Positions 49,355 through 58,355 of a stretch of 64,000 nt of DNA are shown piece after piece (position 1 is the stretch's first letter; each line of letters begins with the position of its first letter). Both the position numbers and the translations under genes were made by a program. A model generated the notes under the pieces. The model ran no database searches. It had not been told where the DNA came from and saw only the letters and a program-made list of their open reading frames with translations. The DNA is from Clostridiales bacterium (GTDB lineage: Bacteria > Bacillota > Clostridia > Christensenellales > UBA1242). The stretch is from NCBI GenBank assembly GCA_918292005.1, contig CAKJZJ010000003.1:4161-68160 (forward strand), in the 5' to 3' direction.

Positions 49355-50107
49355 TTAGTATTTATCTATAATTTTTCTATTTTTGATTCTTTTGTGTTTA
49401 GTCACACGATGTCTAGGCCAATATAGTATTAATAGGATTAGTACACATGGCATCAACATTATTAGTATTATTATTACACTAGGTAGATGAGTCATTGGAT
49501 TTTCTATATGTGATATATTATCGCTTTTATACGTGATTTTTTCGGTATTTGCATAGGTGGGGGTTATGTGCGAGACGTACTTATTGTAGATGTAACCATA
49601 GTTGCCATTGTAGTTTATGTAATACCATGTAGTACCACCGAAGTCTATTGTTTCTTCTGCAAATATTCTACCTATGTATGATATATTGGTTTCGTTTTTA
49701 TAGATAGTACTTATTACATTACTTTTATTGGATTTTGTGGTGGGAGTAGAACGTAGGTTGCAGTCAGTACCTATTGTTATCAGTATTCCACTAGGGTATG
49801 GTGTGTTTGGGATTTCATTTATGATTTGCACATCATTCTTTTTTACATATCCAGATACACCATTGTATTTGACTTTGTACATATTGTTATTATCCGAAAT
49901 GATTTCTACAAAGTATGTCTTTTCTAATATGCAAATAACATTTTCTATAGTGTCGTTGGATTCGGCATACCTATATAGATTGCTTTCAGTCATAATTCTA
50001 GCATATGTGCTCTGAGCATATACACGTGTGTGTTCTATAGGTAATAATATTATCATGAGTAGATATATTATTGTTAAAAACTTTTTCATATCAATATAAT
50101 AATGCAT
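49355..50107 (-). CDS. SH3b-domain protein with signal peptide and C-terminal TM anchor
   Basis: Signal (..RVYA|Q) and two SH3b-like modules (YKVKYNGVSGYVKKNDV, WYYINYNGNYGYIYNKYV). The TM plus basic tail resembles the C-terminus of the 45921-48467 product. Start may be 50089. Confidence 0.5.
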   Translation of the reverse strand: MHYYIDMKKFLTIIYLLMIILLPIEHTRVYAQSTYARIMTESNLYRYAESNDTIENVICILEKTYFVEIISDNNNMYKVKYNGVSGYVKKNDVQIINEIPNTPYPSGILITIGTDCNLRSTPTTKSNKSNVISTIYKNETNISYIGRIFAEETIDFGGTTWYYINYNGNYGYIYNKYVSHITPTYANTEKITYKSDNISHIENPMTHLPSVIIILIMLMPCVLILLILYWPRHRVTKHKRIKNRKIIDKY

Positions 50108-50164
50108 TTGAATGTTATTGCATATTGTTTAAATGTAAAAAATTACGGGGAATATAGGTATTAA

Positions 50165-51613
50165 TTGCGATTTATGACTAATGAAGAGATAATTGAAAAA
50201 ATTAAAATAATAGAAAATGAAGAAAGCAGGAGAAAAGAAAAACAGCCTATTGATTTATATAATGCAGGTGAAATCAAACATGAAAAACAATTGATATTTC
50301 ATAAATGCAAAAAAAGGAATAGGTGGGTGTTTGGTGGCAACCGTAGTGGCAAGACAGAATGTGGTGCTGTAGAAGTGGTATGGTTAGCACGTGGTATTCA
50401 TCCATATAAAGATAATAAACCTAGAGATGGCTGGGTAGTATCCCTTAGTCAACAGGTACAGCGAGATGTTGCTCAGGCAAAAATATTGCACTATCTAAAA
50501 AGGGAATGGATAGCCGATGTGGTCATGATTTCTGGGAAAAAAGGTAGTGCCGAATATGGTATTATTGATACCATTTACGTAAAAAATGTTTTCGGCACTC
50601 TTAGCAAAATTGGTTTTAAAAGTTGTGATCAAGGTCGAGAAAAATTTCAAGGAACTACGTTAGACTATGTGTGGTTTGATGAAGAACCACCCGAAGATAT
50701 CTATACAGAGTGTCGAATGAGAGTACTGGATAGGTGTGGTGAAATATTTGGTACTATGACACCTTTGAAAGGATTGAGTTGGGTGTATGATACTATATAT
50801 CTCAATAATGCAAATGATGATGAAGTATGGTATGAGCAGATAGAATGGTCAGATAATCCATATTTGGATTCAAATGAGATAGCGAAATTATCATCAACCA
50901 TGAGTAGTGATGAATTGAATTCTAGGAAATATGGCTTGTTTACTAGTGGAATGGGTATGGTGTATAGTGAATTTGATATTAGATACAATGTCATAGAGCC
51001 TTTCGATGTACCGCATGAGTGGTACGATAAAATATCTATAGATCCAGGTTTGCACAATCCACTGAGTGCACATTTTTATGCTTGTGATTATGATGGCAAT
51101 ATATATGTTATTGCCGAACATTATGCTAGTGAGCATACCGTGGAATATCATGCACAGCAGATTAAATGTATTTGTGAAAAATTATCTTGGCCAAAGGTTA
51201 ATGGTAGGTACGAAGCAATAATAGATAGCGCCGCCAATCAGAGAACTCTCTCTAGTGAGAAAAGTGTAACAGAGTTATTTTTTGAGAATGGTATTGCTTG
51301 CAATCCATATGTGAATAAAGATATGTTTGCAGGTATCAATAGAGTCAAGTCATATTTTAAAAATTCTCTAGGCGAACGAAAACTATTTATCTTTAAAAAT
51401 TGTGTAAATATGATTAGGGAGATAAAGGGATATTTCTGGGGTAATAATGATTTGCCCAATAAAAAAGATGACCATAGCCTAGATGAATTGAGATACTATA
51501 TTATGAGCAGACCGGAAAATAAAGAAACAAAAATTCACAAAAAATCAGACATTCAGATTAAAAAGGAAAAATTAATAAAAAAGATAAGATTAAATCATTT
51601 AGGATACATGTAA
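50165..51613 (+). CDS. Phage terminase large subunit
   Basis: Walker A GGNRSGKTECG, Walker B LDYVWFDEEP, and a C-terminal RNaseH-like nuclease region (ISIDPG, IIDSAA, DDHSLDELRY). Start may be the ATG at 50174. Confidence 0.85.
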   Translation: MRFMTNEEIIEKIKIIENEESRRKEKQPIDLYNAGEIKHEKQLIFHKCKKRNRWVFGGNRSGKTECGAVEVVWLARGIHPYKDNKPRDGWVVSLSQQVQRDVAQAKILHYLKREWIADVVMISGKKGSAEYGIIDTIYVKNVFGTLSKIGFKSCDQGREKFQGTTLDYVWFDEEPPEDIYTECRMRVLDRCGEIFGTMTPLKGLSWVYDTIYLNNANDDEVWYEQIEWSDNPYLDSNEIAKLSSTMSSDELNSRKYGLFTSGMGMVYSEFDIRYNVIEPFDVPHEWYDKISIDPGLHNPLSAHFYACDYDGNIYVIAEHYASEHTVEYHAQQIKCICEKLSWPKVNGRYEAIIDSAANQRTLSSEKSVTELFFENGIACNPYVNKDMFAGINRVKSYFKNSLGERKLFIFKNCVNMIREIKGYFWGNNDLPNKKDDHSLDELRYYIMSRPENKETKIHKKSDIQIKKEKLIKKIRLNHLGYM

Positions 51614-51645
51614 GCAATCGTAGAGAATTCTATGGTTGCTTTTTT
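51614..51645 (+). terminator. Hairpin plus T6 directly after terminase large subunit gene
   Basis: GCAATCGTA-GAGAATTC-TATGGTTGC (9 bp, two G-U pairs) followed by TTTTTT. Confidence 0.4.
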
Positions 51646-51653
51646 GGAGCATT

Positions 51654-51935
51654 ATGAATACGAAAAATAAAAAAATAGAAAAAGCATTATTAGACAAGGC
51701 TGTGGGATATACCACAAAAGAGATTGTTGAAGAGTATGGCTATAATGGTGAAGATTTCGTTTTACAGAAAAGAAAAGTAAGCGAAAAAAGTTATCCACCA
51801 GATATGTCTGCTATACAGATGCTTTTAGATAAAGATAATACTTTCTGTGTGGAGAGTATGAGTGATGAAGAATTAAATAGTGAAAAACAAAGGCTATTGA
51901 AATTATTAAAGGAGAATGAAAAGAATGAATATTAG
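51654..51935 (+). CDS. Small terminase-like protein (short)
   Basis: LLDKAVGYTTKEIVEEYG....QKRKVSEKSYPPDMSAIQMLL resembles the conserved C-terminal segment of Firmicute phage small terminases (..GYEYEE...K..PPD..A..FWL). Only 93 aa, and placed after TerL. Confidence 0.35.
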   Translation: MNTKNKKIEKALLDKAVGYTTKEIVEEYGYNGEDFVLQKRKVSEKSYPPDMSAIQMLLDKDNTFCVESMSDEELNSEKQRLLKLLKENEKNEY

Positions 51936-52158
51936 CGAAGTGAATAGGTCGGTCAGATGTGATATGCCTAATTGCAAAAATTTTGCAAAAATCAAAGTGC
52001 AGAAACCGGGATTTATAATGGTGGCGGGAATGTATCTGTGTGACGAATGTGCAAAAGAATTGTATGAAATGTTGGGACACAGATTTGTGCCTAAAAGTCC
52101 AGATAATATGCTGAACAAAAGAATAAGAACCAAAAAGGAAATAAACAATGAAAACTAA
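51925..52158 (+). CDS. Small Cys-containing protein (possible zinc ribbon), unknown
   Basis: CDMPNC...CDEC cysteine pairs. AAGGAG RBS 10 nt upstream of the ATG at 51925. Confidence 0.4.
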   Translation: MNISEVNRSVRCDMPNCKNFAKIKVQKPGFIMVAGMYLCDECAKELYEMLGHRFVPKSPDNMLNKRIRTKKEINNEN

Positions 52159-54034
52159 AAGTGAAGAAAATAAAGAAAAAGAAATAGTGGAAAAAATATT
52201 AGAAGACTTTAAATTTAGACAACAAGAAAGAAAAAATTTTGAGAATACTTGGCAATTAAATATAAATTTTTTCCTAGGTAATCAATATTGTTATATTTCT
52301 CCCACTGGAGATATTACCGATACGGACAAACAGTATTTTTGGCAGGAAAGAGAAGTGTACAATCATATAGCAAATTTAGTAGAACTGAGACAGTCTAAAC
52401 TATCTAGGGTGAGACCAACTCTCACGGTTGTGCCTTTTTCTGATGATGAAAATGATGTTGCTTGTGCCAAGACTAGCAAAAAAATCCTGAAGGCCATTAG
52501 TTCAAAATTAAATATTGCAAAAATACTTACAATGGGTACTATGTGGAGTGAAATATGTGGTACTGTTTTTTACAAGGTAGATTGGAATAATGAAATAGGT
52601 AATGTAGTGGGTATAGACGAGATGGGGCGTGAAATTAAAGAAGGAGATGTGGAAATTAGTGTTGTGAGTCCTTTTGAGATTTACCCAGATAGCAATACTT
52701 ACAATTCTTTAGAAGATTGTGTATCTATTATATATGCGAGATCTTTTCATAGAGATCAAGTGAAAAATATATGGGGTATTGATGTTGAAGGAAAAGATAT
52801 TGATGTCTTTACTCTAGATTCTTTGGGAACAAGTGGTGGGCTAGGTTACTCTACTCTATCTAATTCTATGTCCAAAAAACTGAAAAAAGATCAAGTACTA
52901 GTACTAGAAAAATATGAAAAACCAACAATAGAATATCCATTGGGTAGACTAACTATTGTAGTTGGAGACAAACTGGTTTATATGGGAGATTTACCATATA
53001 TCAATAAAAACGAAGGTGTTAGGGGATTTCCTTTCATTAGACAGACTAGTATACCTACTCCTAATTGTATTTGGGGTACTAGTATAGTAGAAAGATGTAT
53101 ACCGATCCAGAGATCGTACAATGCTATCAAAAATAGAAAGCATGAATTTTTAAATAGGCTTACTATGGGTATTCTTTCGGTCGAAGATGGTTCTCTAGAT
53201 ATAGAAAATCTAGAAGAAGAAGGACTATCTCCAGGTAAGGTGCTTATTCATAGACAGGGGGCACAACCACCACAATTATTGTCGACTGGTAATGTTCCTA
53301 TCGATTTTCAATATGAAGAAAATTCTCTTTTAAATGAATTTAGCAATATTTCTGGTGTGAGTGATTTGCTTAAAAATAAAAATTTGAATTATGGTAATAT
53401 TTCTGGTATTGCCTTGCAATTACTCATAGAACAAGACGATACTCGCCTGATTTCATCTGCAGAAGAAATAAAAAATAGTGCAAAAGAGATAGCAAAGCAG
53501 ATTTTAAGGCTGTATAAACAATATGCTCCTAATGCACACACATCGAGAATTGTAGGCGACAATGGCGAAGTGGAAATGTTCTACTGGAATGGTTGTGATA
53601 TTAATAGTGAAGATGTCGTATTTGAGACAGATAGTGAATTGAATGAAACCATAGCACAGAAACGTAGTATGATATTTGAAATATTAAAAACTGGCTTACT
53701 TCATGACGAAAATGGCAAATTGAGTAATACTGTCAGGTCTAAACTTTTGGAATTGCTAGGACTGGGAATCTGGGATGGTGGTCAGGATATTAATAGTTTA
53801 CAAAAAACTCAAGCCGAAAAAGAAAATATTGATTTGCTAATAGATGGCAAAATGCGAGAACCATTAGAGATAGATGATCATGATGTACATATTGATAAAC
53901 ATATTGAGTTTATGTTAGGCAATCAATTTCAAAAAGCCAATGTTGATGGCAAACTTACTGAGATTGTTCTGGAGCATATTAGAGAACATAAAAAATATAA
54001 AAACGTAACAAAAATAATTGAAGAAGGAAGGTAA
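52148..54034 (+). CDS. Phage portal protein
   Basis: 628 aa ORF between the terminase genes and the scaffold/capsid genes. Call rests on position and size. No catalytic motif is expected. Confidence 0.6.
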   Translation: MKTKSEENKEKEIVEKILEDFKFRQQERKNFENTWQLNINFFLGNQYCYISPTGDITDTDKQYFWQEREVYNHIANLVELRQSKLSRVRPTLTVVPFSDDENDVACAKTSKKILKAISSKLNIAKILTMGTMWSEICGTVFYKVDWNNEIGNVVGIDEMGREIKEGDVEISVVSPFEIYPDSNTYNSLEDCVSIIYARSFHRDQVKNIWGIDVEGKDIDVFTLDSLGTSGGLGYSTLSNSMSKKLKKDQVLVLEKYEKPTIEYPLGRLTIVVGDKLVYMGDLPYINKNEGVRGFPFIRQTSIPTPNCIWGTSIVERCIPIQRSYNAIKNRKHEFLNRLTMGILSVEDGSLDIENLEEEGLSPGKVLIHRQGAQPPQLLSTGNVPIDFQYEENSLLNEFSNISGVSDLLKNKNLNYGNISGIALQLLIEQDDTRLISSAEEIKNSAKEIAKQILRLYKQYAPNAHTSRIVGDNGEVEMFYWNGCDINSEDVVFETDSELNETIAQKRSMIFEILKTGLLHDENGKLSNTVRSKLLELLGLGIWDGGQDINSLQKTQAEKENIDLLIDGKMREPLEIDDHDVHIDKHIEFMLGNQFQKANVDGKLTEIVLEHIREHKKYKNVTKIIEEGR

Positions 54035-54039
54035 AAAAC

Positions 54040-54678
54040 ATGGAAGATAATGTTTTTGGAGAACAACCACTAGATGAAGTAGTTCAAGCCGTAGCGACGG
54101 GAGATAGTGTGGGAACAGAAACAAATAGTGGCTCTCCACTGGGCAAATTTAAAAGTACAGAAGCACTTTTTGATGCTTATAACGAGTTGTAGAGTGAGTT
54201 TACTCGCAAGTGTCAAAAATTGAGTGATGTAGAAAAAAAATTGCAAGAAAGTGTGTCTAAAGATACTAGTAAATTAGATACACAAAGTAAAGATTTTGCC
54301 TGGGATAATAATATTAGTGAGTTTCTGCAATCTCACAAATATGCCAAAAATTTTGTAGAAGATATTACTAATGAAATTATTAATAATTCGGATCTAAAGA
54401 ATGATAGTATGGGACTCGAAAAAGCATACTATAAAGTTTTAGAGAATAAGTATGCATCTGCAGAAGATTTGGCTAAAAATGGTGAATTCTTGGAAAAATA
54501 CATTTATTCAAATAAGGATATAAAAGACAAAATAATAACTGAATATATTTCTAGTTTAAAATCAAAGCAAAATCCCATCAAGGTCAGTTCGATCACTTCT
54601 CCGGGAGTAGCAACCAAGACGGAATTCACCAGCCTTGATGATGCTAGGGGTTATCTAGAGAATATGTTTAGATTTTAG
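54040..54678 (+). pseudogene. Phage scaffolding protein gene interrupted by a single in-frame TAG (54190-54192)
   Basis: ATG at 54040 after GAAGGAAGG. Translation reads ...GKFKSTEALFDAYNEL*SEFTRKCQKLSDVEKKLQE..., which continues in the same frame into the 54220-54678 ORF. That ORF has no credible RBS or start of its own. The product is acidic and coiled-coil-like, and lies between portal and capsid. Confidence 0.55.
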
Positions 54679-54687
54679 GGAGAAAAT

Positions 54688-55860
54688 ATGATTACATTAC
54701 AAACAGCAGATAATGCCCTAAAGACAGTTTATCTAGGGGTTATCGGCAATCAATTAAATATTGGAGCAAATCCATTACTTACAAAAATTAAACATACTAC
54801 AAATAATATCTATGGTAATGAAATAAGAAAGGCTACATCTTACGGTTTTTCTGGTGGCGTGTCCGCAGGTTCAGAAGATGGTTCTTTGCCAACTGCAGAT
54901 AGCAAAAAATATGTTACATTTACTACCACTCTTAAAAATCTCTATGGTACTATAGAAATTTCTGATAAGGCTATTAGATGTTCACAGAATAGTGCTGGTG
55001 CATTTGTAAATCTACTTAATGATGAAATGGAAAGTTTGATTAAATCTAGTGCTTTCAATCTAGGCAGAATGCTATATGGCGATGGTAGAAGTGTCCTTGC
55101 TACTATTGCAGCCGACGTGGCAAGTACAGATGTAGAATTAACACTTGATAGTGTTAGAAATCTTATGGAAAATATGACAATCAATATATGTGATAATGCA
55201 TGTACATTTTATTTGCCTGTTGATCCATTTGTTATTAGATATATTGATAGGGTAAATAAAACTGTTACACTTAGCAGAGCACCAGGATTAAATATTAAAA
55301 ACTATCATTTGACTACAATTAATGGTCTGAATAAAGAAATAACAGGTTTAGGCAAAATATTTGAACCTAATGGCACTCTATATGGTGTAGATAAATCAAC
55401 CAATCCTTGGATGAACCCATATTCTAAGGGTAGTGTTGGCACATTGTCTGAGACTGTAATGCAGGAAGCAATTGATACTGTAGAAGAAAATACAGGTGCA
55501 GAAATTGACTATATTGCATGTTCTTCTGCTGTTAGAAGAGCATATCAAGATGGTCTCAATACATATAGAAGAAATGTAGATATTATGAATCTACAGGGTG
55601 GATTCAAAGCCATATCTTATAATGGTATTCCACTAGTAAATGATAGATTTGTAGAAGATGATACTATGTATTTATTGTCTACCAAGAACTTTGAGATGTG
55701 TCAATTATGTGATTGGGAATGGTTAGAGAATAATGATGGTAGAATCATTAAACAAAAAGAAGGTAAGCCTGTATATACAGCCACTCTTGTAAAATATGCA
55801 GAATTACTATGTGATAGACCAAATGCTCAGGCAAAATTGTCTGGTATTACTATATCTTAA
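54688..55860 (+). CDS. Phage major capsid protein
   Basis: 390 aa, with a strong RBS (AGGGAGA), placed after the scaffold gene and before a hairpin terminator. The LYGTIEISDKAIR....AFVNLLNDEME...RMLYGDG pattern is typical of HK97-fold capsid families, judged from memory and not searched. Confidence 0.6.
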   Translation: MITLQTADNALKTVYLGVIGNQLNIGANPLLTKIKHTTNNIYGNEIRKATSYGFSGGVSAGSEDGSLPTADSKKYVTFTTTLKNLYGTIEISDKAIRCSQNSAGAFVNLLNDEMESLIKSSAFNLGRMLYGDGRSVLATIAADVASTDVELTLDSVRNLMENMTINICDNACTFYLPVDPFVIRYIDRVNKTVTLSRAPGLNIKNYHLTTINGLNKEITGLGKIFEPNGTLYGVDKSTNPWMNPYSKGSVGTLSETVMQEAIDTVEENTGAEIDYIACSSAVRRAYQDGLNTYRRNVDIMNLQGGFKAISYNGIPLVNDRFVEDDTMYLLSTKNFEMCQLCDWEWLENNDGRIIKQKEGKPVYTATLVKYAELLCDRPNAQAKLSGITIS

Positions 55861-55867
55861 TTTTAAT

Positions 55868-55898
55868 GCTAGGGCACATTTGCCCTAGCAAATTTTTT
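55868..55898 (+). terminator. Hairpin after capsid gene
   Basis: GCTAGGGC-ACATTT-GCCCTAGC perfect 8-bp GC-rich stem, followed by AAATTTTTT. Confidence 0.5.
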
Positions 55899-55915
55899 AA
55901 TTAAAGTGAAAAAAT

Positions 55916-56284
55916 ATGAAAATAAAAATAGATGAAGATACTTTTGATATCGTAAAAAGAATAAAAGAAATAGATGAAAATTATTATGTTGTTTATGATA
56001 CGAAAAAAGAAAGATTTGAAATGCATTATGCTGGACTATGCCAGACATTTTGCTTTGTAATTGGCGATGAATTGGATAATAGGGCTATAGATATGATTCA
56101 CTATACCAGTAGTAGATATTTAGATGAAATATTGGATTATATAGACGACAATAATGAAAAATTGGAATCAAAATCTATGGAAACTATAAAGTCCAATGCA
56201 GACTATGTTTTAAGGGAAATTTATAAATTTAGTGCCAATTCTAGCAAAGAAATGAATGGTGCGTTTCAGTCTACATGGAGATAA
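55916..56284 (+). CDS. Hypothetical phage-cluster protein (122 aa)
   Basis: ORF in the structural-gene block. No motif recognised. Confidence 0.5.
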   Translation: MKIKIDEDTFDIVKRIKEIDENYYVVYDTKKERFEMHYAGLCQTFCFVIGDELDNRAIDMIHYTSSRYLDEILDYIDDNNEKLESKSMETIKSNADYVLREIYKFSANSSKEMNGAFQSTWR

Positions 56285-56286
56285 TT

Positions 56287-56853
56287 ATGGAAGTAAAAAA
56301 TATTATATTGAATACTGCTAAACTTTTAAATATGTCAGATTTGATTACATATCTAGACGATATGCAACATGTTGTACCTAGTGCCGATACTCTAAAAGAT
56401 ATAGAAGATATGATTCTGGCTGTTAATATTACTAATAGCAATATTGCTTGCAATTATATAGAATTGACATCGACTAAAAGAGTACATTCGGATAGTGGCG
56501 TCGTTGTATATAATTATTTATCCAATAAAAATATTATTGAAATAAAAAGTGTAAAGGACTTGAATGGTAATAAAGTGAAATATACTGTGCGACCAGATAA
56601 TTTACTTATACCTAAAGGTTCTCATGATATTGAATTTAGTTATTATCCTGCTAGTGTAGGATTGGCCGATAATATTAATTATTATTTGAAGATTAATGAG
56701 ATTATATTTGCACTTGGTGTCGCTGGTGAGTATTTGTTTATTAAAGGAGATATAGATGACGCATATATGTGGGATAAAAGATTTAAACAAATGATGTTGG
56801 GAGCATTGCGACCAAAAAGACAAATTGATATGCCTGTTGATAGGTGGTGCTAA
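56287..56853 (+). CDS. Hypothetical phage-cluster protein (possible head completion/adaptor by position)
   Basis: ATG at 56287 after GGAG. Position only. Confidence 0.45.
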   Translation: MEVKNIILNTAKLLNMSDLITYLDDMQHVVPSADTLKDIEDMILAVNITNSNIACNYIELTSTKRVHSDSGVVVYNYLSNKNIIEIKSVKDLNGNKVKYTVRPDNLLIPKGSHDIEFSYYPASVGLADNINYYLKINEIIFALGVAGEYLFIKGDIDDAYMWDKRFKQMMLGALRPKRQIDMPVDRWC

Positions 56854-58355
56854 TGTTTAATCCCAATACATTGAAATTAAAAAATATCTCTTATCTAAAA
56901 AGAAAATATGCGTCGTTTAAAAATGGTATTAATGTTGATTACGATGAAAATCTTTTGCCGATAAAATATAGTACCAATACATATAATTACGATTATACCA
57001 ATGGAGCATTGCGTGATGGTATTGGTATCAATGCACCAATTATCCATTACTCATATGGTAGATATGATTATACCAAGCATATCAATACTCAGAATAAAGA
57101 TGTTCATGGTAGTTATTTATTCAATTTTTGGTCGCACACTGATCATAGGCATTATTCATTATTGTTGCTTTATTGTGGAGATGGCAAAGTATATTATAAT
57201 GTGCTCCATATGTCGTCAGAAACGATAACGGCAATCCCCAATGTGACTTTTACGAGTATGCCTAAATTTTGCAGTTTCAAATTGAATGGAGTAGATACAC
57301 TCATTATGACTAGCGAAACAGATGGCATGTATACATGGACGCCATATCATCAAGCAGTACATGTGGAGAATGCGCCACAAATTAATAATATGTGCATACA
57401 CAATGAAAGATTATTTGTTACAACTCTGGGTGAGCGTCGTTCGGTATGGTTTAGTGATGATCTGGATCCTACCAATTTTAATCTTACTCTGCAAGAAGGT
57501 GGATTTATAGAAATGGCTGATGATTTTGGTAAATCCAATAAGGTGGTGACTCTAGATGGGTATCTGTATGTTATTAGAGACTTTAATATAGCCAGAATAA
57601 TTGCCTATGCTGATCAAAAGAAATTTACATTACAGCAAATATATGTTGGTAATAGTAGGATATATGAAAACACTGTAGCAGTATGTGGAGATAAAATTTA
57701 TTATCTAGCGAGTGATGGACTATATGTCTTTAATGGATCGTCTGCTAAAAAAGTAAAATTATCTATCAACAAAATGTTTGATGAGACCAATAATTATTTT
57801 GCAGTTGCAGGCTACATTAATGGTCATTATTATTTGGCATGCAATATACATTTTAATGATGAAAAAATAGTGGGCTGTGAGAATAGTCGATTGGCTAAAA
57901 ATAATGCACTAATCAAAATTAATGTTCAGACGGGTGAATTAAATATACTCAGGGGCTATGATGTAAGAAATATTTGTGCAATTAATGATTTGTATGATCC
58001 TTGGTTAATGGTATCTTACTGGGATTATCAAACAGACAATTATGAATTTTGTAGACTAGATATGTCTGGTACTGTTCTAGGGGTGGCTACTAGTAAAGAA
58101 TGGCAGTCTCCTTATTCAGACTTTGGATATCCAGATAGAGAAAAACTAGTAAAAGAAATAACACTATATAGCAAGAGTGATTGTAAGATAGAAGTGTGCT
58201 GTGATGGTCAGAGTAGAATATTTGAGATACAGGGTAAAGATAATTACCAAACCATAAGACCAAAAATGAAAGGTAAAAGAATTGCATTAAATTTTAAGTC
58301 CAATGTTGAAAATACATATATATCAAATCCACAGATTGTGGTGGGGTTGTTGTGA
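56853..58355 (+). CDS. Hypothetical phage-cluster protein, ~500 aa, beta-rich (propeller-like)
   Basis: TAATG coupling to the previous gene. Repeated strand motifs (LYVIRDFNIARII, IYYLASDGLYVFNG, HYYLACN). Confidence 0.5.
   Translation: MFNPNTLKLKNISYLKRKYASFKNGINVDYDENLLPIKYSTNTYNYDYTNGALRDGIGINAPIIHYSYGRYDYTKHINTQNKDVHGSYLFNFWSHTDHRHYSLLLLYCGDGKVYYNVLHMSSETITAIPNVTFTSMPKFCSFKLNGVDTLIMTSETDGMYTWTPYHQAVHVENAPQINNMCIHNERLFVTTLGERRSVWFSDDLDPTNFNLTLQEGGFIEMADDFGKSNKVVTLDGYLYVIRDFNIARIIAYADQKKFTLQQIYVGNSRIYENTVAVCGDKIYYLASDGLYVFNGSSAKKVKLSINKMFDETNNYFAVAGYINGHYYLACNIHFNDEKIVGCENSRLAKNNALIKINVQTGELNILRGYDVRNICAINDLYDPWLMVSYWDYQTDNYEFCRLDMSGTVLGVATSKEWQSPYSDFGYPDREKLVKEITLYSKSDCKIEVCCDGQSRIFEIQGKDNYQTIRPKMKGKRIALNFKSNVENTYISNPQIVVGLL

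Noticed and set aside
51811-52148. Minus-strand ORFs 51811-52080 and 51906-52148 within the packaging module.
   Set aside because: They are antisense to coupled plus-strand genes with good RBSs, and their H/F/S/I-rich translations are typical of shadow frames.
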